64,000 nucleotides of DNA from Magallana gigas (GCF_963853765.1 NC_088857.1:14508001-14572000), one strand, 5' to 3'. Counted from the first letter of the stretch, positions 12,262 through 25,796 are shown. The notes: generated by a model not told the origin, from the letters alone. Made by a program: numbers and translations.

Positions 12262-14988
12262 AAACTTTCAATTTGGGACTTGACAGACATATGTCATTAG
12301 CATAAACATTGATTAAAAAATCCAGAATAATTCTTTGGCATACTAATATTATCTGAGAATGAAAGTTATAGGCATCAAGGATATTTTGTTCTAAGACATC
12401 AATTCATACATCTAGTGCTTGATCACTATTTCAATAATACAAATCATACATGTATAGTTCGTGTAACTATCGTAGCAAGACGAAGCATTCGCTGGTTATC
12501 TTATCGTAAATTAATTACGATAATGGCATTTTAAACAGCGTGCGCATGATTTTGAAAATGTTTCTATTCCTGCAATAGTGTTTACCATGTTTAATTATAC
12601 CAAAAATATGTGTGACTGAATGACTATAAAAGAATTTGTTAAAATTGTTAAATAATAAGAGCACTGTTAAAATAAAATACAGCAAAAACATCATGAAATA
12701 ACGCTTAATTATTTAAGTAGTACGTCTTTCTTTTCACTTTTCTTACGACAATATTAATTACATGCATGTTGTTACAATATATGACACTTTTTTAAAACAC
12801 ATTTATTTTAAAAACTTTATCAGGCAGCTCCGACTCTGACACAGTTATCAATTATTTTTTTTTTGGTTACAAATAAATGCGTCTTATATTAAAACACATG
12901 GTCAACAACACCCTCCCCAAACCCTCCTATAAACCTTAATCTGATAATTCATTTTAAGTACAGAACAATGCAAATATATATTCTACATTTTCAACATTTC
13001 TTTGGGAACAAAACTAGGATTATATGATAAGACGCTAAATAAATATTGTGTAGTCTTGGGCGATAGCTGATAGTTACAAAAGTATACAAAACTGAGATTT
13101 TAGACGCAGCAAGGTGAATACTAGATATGAGGCCAATGAAGTTGAGCGTTTGTTGTGTTTTCAAAAAAGAATTGGTTTATTGCTTAACCTCCCATATAAT
13201 TATAGTTTTATGTTTTGAAGAGAAAGTCAATATAAAGATGCATTGCCATCTTGTATGAAATTATATTAAATCATATCAACCATTAAGTGTGACATTTATA
13301 TCTTTAAACCTACGATTCATTATAAACAGATTTGAATTCAAAATAAAATTTGATGATATGAAAACAATTATAAAATATAGTTGACTTTGAACCCTTTGTG
13401 AACGACACACATGTACATAAATCATTCATAGCAGACGTCTAAGATTGTCTACACCCTTCCGTTCAAGTGCAAGATTTTATTACGTAAATATAAAATAAAT
13501 ATAATAAAAATAATAAAAGTTACACCACTAATTTATATTTTAACCTTTTTTATCTGCCCCCCCCCCCCCCCCCCTCCAGTAAAAAAGGGATATAGAAGGA
13601 TAGAACCAAATTTTGCAAAGAAATTTCAACGTAATTTCAAAAGTCCACATAAAATTAAGGCATAATTGCTTTATCAACGTAAGAAAATTCCTAGTAAATG
13701 ATTTTGAATATGACTAGCTACTTACCGATGAAATGAGTACAAGACTGGTGATAAAATAGGGCTGCGGCCAAGTGGTAAACCGACGTACCTTACTGTACTT
13801 ATTGTGTCATCTCTTAAATAAAGGTCTAAAAGATTGGTCGTCCAACTAAATGTTTTTATTCATAAAAGTAAAATCAATCTTCTAAAATTTATCATGTTCC
13901 TGTATATGACTTGCTTATAAATAGATACAGTATCAATATAAAATTGCAATTAATCGGATATACAGTACCAGCAACGTTATTTTTTACAAGATAAACGAAA
14001 AATAGAATTTAAGCACGATACGATAGGATAAACGCACCGCACGAAAGAACAGAATTCACACATGCACGATACGATATGATTGATACACGATAGGAAAGGA
14101 TGAACGATGTTTTTGATAAACGTACGATCGCGTTAAATGATCTTCACGATTAACCTGATAATGACAGAATTTGACTAAAATAATACGTACGAATCAAGAT
14201 ATACGTGGAATTTCTTGTACATGTAACATTACAATGTAAATAGCAAGTAAAAATAGGTTGACACTTTTGTTTGAATATCATCTTTTATACAATCCCTTTT
14301 TATTTGGTGATATAATTTATCATTAAAACGCACGTTCATTCCTCTTGCTTAAACAACAAAAAAGACCCCCGCTAAGAATACTACACAGTAAAGGAGCTAA
14401 TGCTTTCAATTTCTGTAGACATGCAGTTCATGTTTATGCTAATGAATTCCAAAACGGTTTTAAGAAGTTATAAAATCTGACGTATGGTTGAATGATATAG
14501 CCTGTTTACGAGTGTAAATCATTGCCTTAAATACGAACAGGAGGAGTGAGTTACCATTTTTGTTGTATATAAATGTTATAATGTTTTCAAATGGTCGAAG
14601 CGAACTAAATAGCATGTTAATATGGCTGTTCTATGTATGTTTCATATCCCTGACTGAGAGCGTATATAATGGCTTTATAGCGACACTACTCATAATTATT
14701 TCACACAAATAGACATCAGTACAACATTTATTTTATTTTAATAACCGTGTACATTTACATGTAAAAGATTCCTTAAAAAAATTATACGTGGTACGATGTA
14801 TGACTGTATGATTTTCCTAGAATAATTCATGTATCTCTAGTCAAGTATTTATATTTTATACCACTTATAGAATGAAAAAATGTAACTTTCGATAATCTTC
14901 CATTCACTTAGCATTTTATCATTATGTAACTTACATAATTCAATCATTTAAAAAAAATCAAATCATTTTGTTAAAACAATTAACAAAT

Positions 14989-15764
14989 CTATAATTTAGG
15001 CACCAGCCTTTTTTTCTTCGCCTGCTTTTCAAAAATGGCTGAAGCATGGAAAATAAGTCTGCCATTCAAAAGAATTGAGAACTGGATGTGCTCCGGAGAC
15101 CCAGCTTCGTTCTGCCAAGTGTAGATGGACAGTTCGTCGTTTGCTCTGCTTTCACCCACATAGCTGATGGTCCACAGGAGAGGGGCATATAGACACATGT
15201 CCTCGTTGAAGTGCACGTAGTGACCACTCAAAGACGCATGCGTGGCAGCATCCATGCAGAATTTAATGTACGACGATTGGTTCACGTGGTTGTTTCGATC
15301 CGAGTCACTGTGGCGCGGAATCAAATCGAACTTGAAAGCGTTATCTGGAATTTTTGGCAAAGCGTCTCTGGGCAAAGCTTGTGTTGATCCGTAGGAATTT
15401 CTGTATGAGTCGTATTTTTCGTAGAACCATTCCGGAAACGTGACAGGACGTCTCGTTTTGCGAGACATCCGGACCATTTTAATCAAATTTTCACCATAAA
15501 CCTCCCTAGTGTTGCCATCTTTGAACTCAACAACGAACTGTACCGACGTTTTCCCGACTTCTACTAACCTCAAATCAAACAACATCGTAAATTTCACGTT
15601 CATGCCTTTTTCATGAAGCTTCGGGATTAGTTTCAGTTGTTGTTTGACAATCACCAAAGCCGCTTCCCTACCATCGATTTTCGTAAAGTCTATGAATCCA
15701 TTATACAATGCAAGGATACGGGCTGCTTCGAACATTTTCGATACATACCATATTGCCCAATGAC
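14989..15764 (-). CDS. Double hot-dog acyl-ACP/acyl-CoA thioesterase-like protein, copy 1, exon 2
   Basis: Acceptor TTTTAG|GTCATTGG, open to the stop at 14989. Contains SDSDRNNHVNQSSYIKFCMDA (DxNxHVN) and ISYVGESR (YxxE), matching the catalytic C-terminal hot-dog of FatA/FatB and bacterial acyl-ACP thioesterases. Confidence 0.88.
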
Positions 15765-15881
15765 CTAAAATAAACATGCAAATTTTGGCAAAATGAAAAC
15801 ATTGAAAACATTTCATCATCAAAACAATTGCTTAACACTGAAAAGTTATAACATGTTATTAAAAGCAAATATAAGAAAAAC

Positions 15882-16177
15882 ACACCGTTGCTTTTTTCAA
15901 AATCTTTAAAAACAATTATGTATTTCTTTCATCTAGTAACACTGTGTCGGATAAGTATGCCAGTGCCAAGGTGGAATTTTTGCACCTGCTTAGGATGCAG
16001 TTTTGTAAAAATTCATATACAATAAAAGACACCGTTGCTTTTTTCAAAATCTTTAAAAACAATTATGTATTTCTTTCATCTAGTAACACTGTGTCGGATA
16101 AGTATGCCAGTGCCAAGGTGGAATTTTTGCACCTGCTTAGGATGCAGTTTTGTAAAAATTCATATGCAATAAAAGAC
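15882..16177. repeat. Tandem duplication, 2 x 147 bp, in the intron of thioesterase copy 1
   Basis: ACACCGTTGCTTTTTTCAAAATC... starts at 15882 and 16029; the copies are near-identical. Confidence 0.9.
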
Positions 16178-16794
16178 AGACAATTTTCCCAAGCTTTTAA
16201 GGGTAGATGTCTACTTTCGTTTTTAGTGTTCCCCACCTATAAGGAGAGTTAATTATTTACCTTTAAAACTAGATATCCCAGAGGAAAATAATGATTTCCA
16301 TAAGAGAAATGATTTACCTACACCAAAATCTGAAAATCCCTTAAGATATTCTAAAATCCCTAGAGGAATTATATTTCCTGTAGGATTTAAATATTTCCTG
16401 TAGAAAATCGATTCAGACAGGTAGATTTTAATGTCCTATGAAAGTTTTGTTCAAATCCTATTCGAATTTAAATTCCTATGGAAAGTTCTTTTATTCTGAA
16501 AGGAATTTCCATCTATCCTTTGGCAAAATTGTTTTTCCTATGGGAAAAACAGGTTAGATACAATATTAACAAAGGTGGTTATAACTTCTCAAACAATAGT
16601 CTATCATATGGCATATTTGAATTTTTTAATGCATAAAGCTTGGACGGATACAAAAATGTCACCTTCAATGGCACTGGGATAATTATTCAGCACAGTGTTT
16701 ATTAGTTTTATTCATTTAGAAAGCAGAGTGCACGACATTGAATGTATTGTTTATACAAACAAATTTAAATCATTTAAATGTTATGTAACAGCAC

Positions 16795-16882
16795 CTGTTC
16801 TATCAAAATCAGCGTAAGGAATTCCAAAGAAGGAGACAGAGGCAGACGATCCTGTTGCATGGTTGATCTCGTAATGCGTCAT
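16795..16882 (-). CDS. Thioesterase-like copy 1, first coding exon
   Basis: MTHYEINHATGSSASVSFFGIPYADFDRT plus G, donor ACAG|GTGCTG. 88+776 nt gives 287 aa. The spliced YADFDRTGHW...MFEAAR matches the N-terminal hot-dog motif DxDxxgh...yfE.aR. Confidence 0.8.
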
Positions 16883-17374
16883 CTTCTGTGAAAAGAATGG
16901 TGGTAAACGATGCAGCCAAACAGACTAATATAAAATACATGAATCGTAATGTTGGTCAGTTTTTTGTACATACGCAAACATTTGCAGCTTCAAATGCATA
17001 TACTTTTTTTATCTTTTAAAAGATAAAGACGTAAGCATATTATAAATAGAGTATAGTACGCGTACATACTTATAATTTATCATAATATAAAATTTAAAAA
17101 ATATAACGCGCTAAATAAAATTCTAAGATTACTCCAAAGCGTTGTACAACAAAACTTGAAAATTGGCGTGATAAAACACACTTCAGATAAACGATGTAAA
17201 TGGAAAAAAAGGATAAATAACATTATAAAATACTGCTGTAACTGGTAAAACTCATATCTATATCAAAAAGAAGAAAATGAACAAGTGCTATGCAAGTAAT
17301 ATGTGCTATAATATAAGGAAGCAAGTTCAAGCAAAATGTTCAGAAAAACAAGAACGGCAAGTATTTAAAAAAGC

Positions 17375-18960
17375 TATTTCATAAAAATGTTTCTTTGAAT
17401 GTCTTTTAAAGATGTTCAAAGACTGTGCCTGTTTTATGTCGCCAGAAAGGAAATTCCACAAGTGCGCTGCTTGCCAGCTCTAGCTGGCATTCTCCGTATG
17501 TCTTTGTCAAGATTTTTTTGAGTCACTAAGAGAAATGTAAACTCAGACTGCAGTAATCTGGTGTGCTTAAATCAAAGTATTGAAGTCTTTGATATAGGAT
17601 GGAGCTTACCCGTGGAGCGATTGATAGACATATGTCAGTATTTTGCGCTGCGTACGAAAGTGCACAGGTAGCAAACGGAGATCTGCCAGGATCGGGGTGA
17701 TATGCTCCTGGGCTGCGTTCAAAATCGTAGCTGCTACCTATGGCTACGTAGTTGAACGGTAAGCTAATGCACTAACCTAGCCGCTACGTAGATATTCGTA
17801 GCCTGAATATTTTTCGTTAAGCATCAAATTCAAGATGACCACCTTAGTTACCACTTTGTAACAAACATGAAATCTATTTATACTCAGTGATATTTTGTTC
17901 ATTCTTTAAGTTATAATGAATTTTAACATGTATATTTCCGCTTGCAATTAACAAATTATGTTGATGTAATTAGTCTTTAGTTGAATATTTCCAACTTCAA
18001 ATCTGAGACCTAGCGGTCCGTTCAATAGACCTACATGTAGATATATACGACCTAGCGGCTAGGCTAGCTGCTACGATCTTGAACGCAGCCCTGTAACGAT
18101 GTTCTCGTGACAAGACATGCTGCAGTGTTTAGGGCACGTTGTATGTTTTCGAGGGTATGCTTTGCAACTCGATATAGAGTGCAGTTCCCGTTGTCCAGTC
18201 TGGCAGTGATTACAGCGTTAACCATGGTTTTGCAGGTTTTTTTGCGCCGTATACGCACAATATTGCATATCTGAAAATGACACGAAAATGACACGACTTG
18301 ACGATCGACGATACCTGTTTGACCATAGTGAGGTGTTGATCGAAAATGACACCCAGGTTCTTCACACAGGGCACACTTTCAATGGCATGATCACCAACTT
18401 TAAGCTTAAATTTTGGTAGATGTTTCTGATGCTTCATATGCATAGCAGTGATACATTATTCCATGTCAATGACATATGGCCCCAGTTGGTTTGGAGAAAA
18501 GGCAGCACAGTTTAGGTCCAAGAAAAGATCCTTGAGGAACACCATATGGAAGCTGACAAGAGTATGGCTTGATGGATCCAACGGTAACACATTGTCGCCT
18601 TCTCTGGAGCAATAAACTCTATCCAACTAACAGCAGTACCACGAAAACCACATGATGCAGTCAGACGTTGGAACAGTATGCTGTGGTCGATAACATCAAC
18701 AGCTGCTGATAAATCCAAGAGGATCAAAACTGCTGAAGATTGTTGGTCCTGTTGTGTAACAATATCATTGTGGACTTTCATTAGGGCCGTTTCCGTAGAA
18801 AGTCTGGTTCAATATTTCGACTGAAGTGGATCACGCAGAGAATTTGCATCAAGAGGACTGCCAATTTTACGAGATATTTTCTCCAGTATTTTTGAGATGA
18901 AAGTCAAGTTTGATAGGGGTCGAAAGTTTTTCAACACTTCCTTGTCAAAACCAGATATTA
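17375..18960 (-). mobile_element. 5'-truncated, decayed non-LTR retrotransposon (L2/CR1-clade reverse transcriptase)
   Basis: Fragments FDKEVLKNFRPLSNLTFISKILEK, STETALMKVHNDI...AVLILLDLSAAVDVIDHSIL, VKNLGVIFDQHLTM, HITPILADL, HG*APSYI and LWNFL...SLNIFKR occur in correct order, with many stops and frameshifts. Confidence 0.88.
17711..18090. mobile_element. 380-bp MITE (PIF/Harbinger-like) nested in the LINE
   Basis: 21-bp TIRs GGCTGCGTTCAAAATCGTAGC / GCTACGATCTTGAACGCAGCC (1 mismatch), 3-bp TSD CTG at 17708-17710 and 18091-18093. Removing it restores the LINE frame LVTRTSLQEHITPILADL. Confidence 0.85.
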
Positions 18961-21181
18961 AGATGTACATGTAGATACTCTTTAACCGTTTCATATTCTT
19001 GACTTTTTTCCTCAATTTTAAGAGTTTTCTTTTATAGGAGATGTTTTGGGGCTTAATTGTGATTTTTAACCTCTATATATATAAGTATGTATGAATTATG
19101 AAAACCTAAACAAGTTTTATACACTTAATACATTACATTTATGCTCGCTATAACTATTTGGATAGCTTTACATGTATACAGTAAAATTGCAAGTTACAAA
19201 TGGTAGGTAAAAACATGAAAGTTGGGTGGAAGGACATAAATATAGTAAACTACAGACAGGTAAGTTTCTGTCATGTAAAAGTGCGACATGCATATGGTAC
19301 GGCCGGATTGTCAACCCTTTGCTGGGAGTTATAACCGGTGGATGTCTTAAACGCTGAAAATCATGAATAAAAATGTAATGTTGATAATTTAACCATTATA
19401 ATAAGTAATTTTCCCCAAAACTCGGAGGATGATAAAGAGTGAAATAGGAGGAAATTCTATAGTTATAGAGTTCCGAAGACACATGTCCTCTTCCTTACAT
19501 TGATATAAAAAGGCCGTCTCTTACTACTTTTAATTCAAAATCACAAAATGTTCAGCTATATATTAAAAAAAAAACCAGATATACGAAACCTCAAAGAGTT
19601 TTAGATTAAAGCACTCTCTGATTAAAGGTAGAATAAATGAAAAGATCTCGGATATTTTTGTTGGAAAGTTTTCCTTCTTACCTAATAACAAGGTGATAAT
19701 GTAGAACTGTGGTGAGGTGCAAGGTACAATTTAGAGTTGCCTAACTTTTGTACGGTACACCATTACGGCAAAAATTGAAGGCCAAAAAGTAGTTTTCTCA
19801 TTGAGAATCATTTTCTCCAAAAATATTCTCTTTAAATTCTGGTGGTATAGTTATCAATATTCAAAAATACTTCTTCACGGTATTTTATTTTTTTTTGGAG
19901 GGGGGGGGGTTGCATTTTAGGTAATTATAAGAACGACTGATCTAGTTTTTACTCGAGGTAAAATAAGATCGGCCATACTGTACCGACAGTTAGTATTACA
20001 TATCTTTGCGTATTAATAACTCTTAACACGCCACAGCTGTGTGTAGTTTAATTATAAAGTGACAAATTTTTTTCAAATAGTTATACTTTTTTATAAATAC
20101 ATATTCTTGAGTAATTTAAGATTATGTACAATTTTCAAAATTGTAAAATGGTGTATTATTTTTAAGTGTTTTGGATAACTATGAATGATTTTTTTTTTTC
20201 GTTATCTGAGAAAAATCATATACACAAAGATAGATACTTTGAGTTATACTCTGTCCCGAGTTTTTGCTTCCACCACTTTTCGCTTGATATTTCGAGAATA
20301 ATAAATACCTTTGTACTCAAACAAAGTTCATCCACTTAAATATGAAAAATGTCCAGATTATCTGTTTTGAAATGCCCCCTATATCGCTTCAAGTTTCAAT
20401 ACACATCCAAAAATATAAAGTCTACGGGGATTTTGCATTGCATCAGCCATTAAAAAGCCCGGATGATAACGTTAAAAAATTGCGGGAGGTGTCCCGAGTA
20501 CTTCCGAATGGAGAAAAGATGTAAACATTTCCCATTAAAAATCTCCGTAAAAAATTTGTTTTCGTTCCTGTAAACATTAATGAGTGAAAAGGGATAATTT
20601 TTCAATGAAGATATCTAGGATATTTTTCATTTCATCGATTTCAACCGTACTTCTTTCACAGGTTTGTGTATTTTTATTAAAAATCATCAAAAAGTGATGG
20701 AAGCAATAGTTTGGGACAGATTATAATATTGTTTATTTGCCACAAACAGCACGATCTTTGCTTGTGTCTCCACCAAACGACACCATAAAAACAGATAGCT
20801 TACGCACAGCGAGGTACAGACTCAACATCATTTGTTTCGTGGTTCTTAAAAAACATATTTTCCTTAGTCTTTGATTTTCATCCAGAGACGAATTTAATGG
20901 TAAAATGAATTTATAGGGTAAGGATTATCATGCATAAAGATTTTTTTCATAAAAAGGTCATTCTAGAAAATCAGTCATTATAAGTATGTTTAAAATTAGT
21001 TATTATAAGTATCTTCAAGTACCGACAGCACTGAACTGCTACACTATCTGTACCAACTGCGTAATATTCATAACAATTTCTTAAAATGATGAATTAATAT
21101 TAATTTATTTTGTCAATACGTACTTGATTCTTGTATAAATTCACATATTTTATCTCACGGAAGAAATAAAAATAATATCGC

Positions 21182-21957
21182 TTAGATTTTTGATAATGAG
21201 GATGCGACTTTCTTTGCCTCCTTCTCAAAAATGGTTGAGGCATGGAAAATAAGTCTGTCGTTCAAAAGTATTGAAAACTCAATGTGCTCCGGGGACGAAC
21301 TTTCGCTCTGCCACGTGTAGATGGACAGTTCGTCGTTTGCTCTGCATTCACCCACATAGCTGATGGTCCACAGGAGAGGGGCATATAGACACATGTCCTC
21401 GTTGAAGTGCACGTAGTGACCACTCAAAGACGCATGCGTGGCAGCATCCATGCAGAATTTGATGTACGACGATTGGTTCACGTGGTTGTTTCGATCCATA
21501 TCACTATAGTTTGGGACTAGACGGAATTCGAAAGCGTTGTCTGGAATATCTGGCAAAGCAGTTTTGCTTCGAAACTGTTGTTTCTGCGGGCTCTCATGTA
21601 GTTCAAGTGATTTGATGTACCACTCAGGAAATGAAATTGAACGTCTTGTTTTACGACTGAATCTGACAAATTTGAGAAAGGTTTCACCAAGCCTCTCTTT
21701 CGTGGACCCGTCTCTGAGCTCTGTCACATTCGTAATGGACCTTTCTCCGACTTCCAGTAATTTCACATCGAACAACAAATGAGATTGTGGTTTCAGTTTT
21801 ATCTGATGAACTTTGGGATTTAATTTAATCTCTTGTTTAGCGATCACTATAGTTTCGTCTTGGTGATAGATTTTAGCCAAATCCAAAAATCCATTGTACA
21901 AAGCTAAAGCTCTAGATGCCTCAAACATTTTGGAAATACACCATACTGCCCAATGGC
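21182..21957 (-). CDS. Double hot-dog thioesterase-like protein, copy 2, exon 2
   Basis: Acceptor TCTAG|GCCATTGG, 776 nt, colinear with copy 1. Contains SDMDRNNHVNQSSY and ISYVGECR. Confidence 0.88.
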
Positions 21958-22630
21958 CTAGAGAAATTGAAGAAGAAATCGTGTGTCTATCAGATTATAT
22001 TACGGTTGCAATTATTTCCGATACAGGTACAAAATTTTCATAAACCAACTACCGTCATACCCATTATGAACACAAAAAGGAACCATTTTATCATTTTAAG
22101 GTAGGTTTTGCGGCTGGAATTTTCAGGCACTGTACAGAGTTACATACCATTTTGTTCACTATACTAAAAGTCTTTTTCTTATAAATTTCAAGTGATGTTG
22201 CCTCACCCCTTTTATAGCTACAAAATGTCAAAATTAATGATTTTGTCATGTTGATGAAATGTTAGTAATTTCGTGAAAAATGTACATTTTATGTGTAACT
22301 ATTGAAGGGGTGATTTATGCTTAACATGTTCGAAATTCATGTCATTATTTATATCATGGTTAATTTTTATTGATTTCTAATAGACTATTTAAGGACGTTG
22401 TTTACTCAGAATTTGAGTTCTCAAATTCGGATTGTTAAAATGAGTAAAATTTGTTCTAAACACTAAAAGAATAGAATAAAATGCAACAAAAGTCAAAATT
22501 TTGGGCTGAAATTAAATGTAACTTTCCAAGTCCACAGATTTCAGAAGAAACTTATCTTAGTAAATGTATAATTTGGTGTTTCTAGAAAATAATTAGAAAC
22601 CTTTTATCATTTAAACTACATGTACACTAC

Positions 22631-22718
22631 CTGTTCTATCGAAATCAGCGTACGGAATTCCATAAAAGGAAATAGAAGCAGATGATCTTGACACCGAGTG
22701 GATTTCGTAATTCGACAT
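22631..22718 (-). CDS. Thioesterase-like copy 2, first coding exon
   Basis: MSNYEIHSVSRSSASISFYGIPYADFDRT plus G, donor ACAG|GTAGTG. Same 88-nt length and phase as copy 1; total 287 aa. Confidence 0.8.
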
Positions 22719-24806
22719 TTTAAAATCTAAAAAGTAAAAAGTAATGCAACTGTCAAAATATAGAATGCTAGACTTAAAATGGAATAGAGATTTTTTAAGA
22801 CATAGCAATCACCTTACCTTTCTTTTCAACTTTATTAAAATTCGATGTTTTGTATCTTAGACACCGATTGCTTTTCTCTCTACATCAATTCCGCGAGGGT
22901 TGAAAAATATTATATTTTCAAGTAAAATAAAGATATCAAAATTTTAAGAACAAGGGCTGGACCTAGCATAACGTTAGTTCTGAATTAACTTGATGTATGT
23001 AGATTTACAATATGCGCCCCCCCCCCCCCCCCCCTTGTAACAAGTGTTTCCAGAAATGTTTTCTAGAAACACTGTAACAAGAATTCTGAGATAAATTTTG
23101 ACCGTGGTTAATGAAACATCACCAGACAAGTCAACGAATTTTGACCTTCCAAATCTATTACCACGACAGCCGATGACATCTGGAGAGGAATTTTCAAAAA
23201 CAAACTCAGGCGTGAGGGACAGTTCATGCATGGAATATTAACATTAGGTTTTTATTAAGAAATGATTGTTTAATTAATTTTTGAATTTAATTAAGTGCAT
23301 GATATGGGTCCAATGTTTTGATATTTTGCAAACTTATAATCACATTCTCATTCATGAAGAAAGCTAACCGAAAAACGTTCAATACACGTTAGTCTCGTTC
23401 TATTTATTAACCCCATTCGGAAGCTTGCAAATGAGGCTAAACAAAACATTTTTTAAAAATCAGAAATTCTGTACATCGGTAATTTAATAAATTCTTTAGC
23501 TTTATCATAAGGAATTTTTGAACAAAAAAGCTCAGGTAAAAACAAACACTTACACTGTCACTCGGGTAGAACCTCCTTCTACTGATAAAGAATAGAGTTA
23601 TCGGTCTTAGGTTACATTATAAAATTGTATGGTGGACTAGTTAAGTTATAATTCTATATATGAATTGGTATTATCTCGAAAATTATTTTGATATTTTATC
23701 TACTCTAAAACTCATAAATATCTACATTTTGTTTAAATGATAAATGCCGTGTGATACCCATTGTATAACCTAGCAATTCAAACCTTATTTATGAATACGA
23801 TACTATATGGAGAAGGCTTACATAGGCATTGCCTGCTGCCTAATCCATTTATGTAAATGTATATTTGCATAATAAAATATGTTCAAATCAAATTAAAAAA
23901 ATCAATACTATACTATAACTACTGGTATTGAATTAATTATAAAATATCATATCATAAAGGGTTTGCTAAAGTGTTTTAAAGAACTGTAAAACTATACACT
24001 TTAGTACCCTCTCTTTAATTGGACTACAGGCATAACAGAGAACAACAATAATTTATAACTGCAAATCATTCAGCACATTAAATCATCTATGGTCATGATA
24101 TGAGCTGAAAATCTAAAAATTTAATATTTTTATACTGGATGTATACATTTTTTTTTATCAATGTTATGCAACAGTCAGGCCGTGGTATTTTTTTTTTTCA
24201 TTTTGATAACTGATTACAAAATATCAAATTTAAAACAAATTTAAAGATGACAACTCTAGAAAATATTCATTTGTTGCTTTAAAAATTGTAACAAACAGAA
24301 CAATCTGCTTATACGGACCTTTTACCAGAAAATATTGAACTAATTAAAAAAAATAATGACACGGGTCATATTACAGAACAATAATTGTGAGCTTTGTATC
24401 TTCTTTTAACTCTACAAATGACGTTATAAGTTAAGTTGACCATTAGAAATACCTCACATAACCGTTGAAAACAGTAAAAATGGATTACATGTAATCGAAG
24501 AAAATTTTCAGCTAAAATCGTGAGCATGCCCCTTTAAACATCAATAAGCAGTGAGTAGTAGTAGGCCGGGATGTGTCAAGTGAGCCTTCCTATAGAATTA
24601 TTTGATCTCCCTTCTATTCAACACACTACATGAACCACGAGTACAGTAATATTGGCAGAATTGCCACTAAGGTATGTAATTTGACTTTTTCTTGGTATTT
24701 TCAACAAAGAACATGAAATGAACCCAAAATATTTTGTTTGACAATACCTGACTTATATGAATTAAAATGTTTTAAAAGGGAGGGATTTCGAAACAGTGTT
24801 AATCAC

Positions 24807-25796
24807 TTAAAGGTTTGAAAATGGAAATACTATTTCCTTCGCCTGCTTCTCAAGAATCGTTGAAGCATGCACAATTAGTCTGTTGTTCAAGAGAATTGAG
24901 AACTGAATGTTCTCAGGATATCCAGCCTCGTTCTGCCAAGTGTAGATGGACAGTTTGCTGTTCGCCTTTCTTTTTACGACATAGCTGATGGTCCACATGA
25001 GAGGGGCGTATAGAAACAAGTCATCATCGAAGAGCACGTAGTGACTGCTTACAGACGCACATTCAAGGCAGATTCCATGCAGAATTTTTTGTACAAGATT
25101 GGTTTATGTGGTTGTTTCGATCCATATCACTATAGTTTGAGACAACAAGAAATTTGAAAGTGTTGTCTGAAAATTTTAGCAAAGCCTTTTTGCCTTAAAA
25201 CTGTTGTTTCTGTGGATTCTCTATGTTTCAAAGGTTTGATGAACGATTCAGGAAGTGACATTGAATGTCGTGTTTTTCGACTACTAGTATTCTGACAAAT
25301 TTAATAAGGGTTTCACCAAGGCTCTCTTTGGTGGACACGTCTTTAAGCTCTGTCACATATGTAAGGGACCTTCCTCCGACATCAAGCAATTTCACATTAA
25401 ACAACAAATAAGATTGGGATTTCAATCTTATCCGATGAACTTTGGAATTCAATTTGATCCGTTTTCTTACGATCACATGGCTGCGTCTTGGTAGTGGGTT
25501 TAAGAGAAATCCATAAATTATTTATTCAAAGTTAAAGCTCGGTATACATCAAACATTTTATAATGCACCTTGTTGCCCAATGGCTTAGCTAGAGAAATGA
25601 GCGAAAATTATTGTATCACTCAGATTATAACAGTTGCAATCATTACAGAAAACAAGAAAAACAAAAATGGCAGCATTTCATCCTTTTAAACTACATGTAC
25701 GGTACCTGTTCCATCAAAATCGGCGTAAGGGATTCCAAATAAGGAAACAAGGAGGAAACGTAAACAGAGGATATTGACTTCAAGAGAATTTTGCAT
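24807..25796 (-). pseudogene. Thioesterase-like copy 3, pseudogene
   Basis: Exon 1 (25706-25796, ...FGIPYADFDGT) is intact. Exon 2 has a 1-nt deletion after HWA, an in-frame TAA and further frameshifts. Homologous peptides LLFNVKLLDVGGRS and YAPLMWTISYV remain. Confidence 0.85.

Noticed and set aside
15944-16252. 102-aa ORF with an internal repeat
   Set aside because: It is a translation of the 147-bp intronic tandem duplication, antisense to the thioesterase gene.
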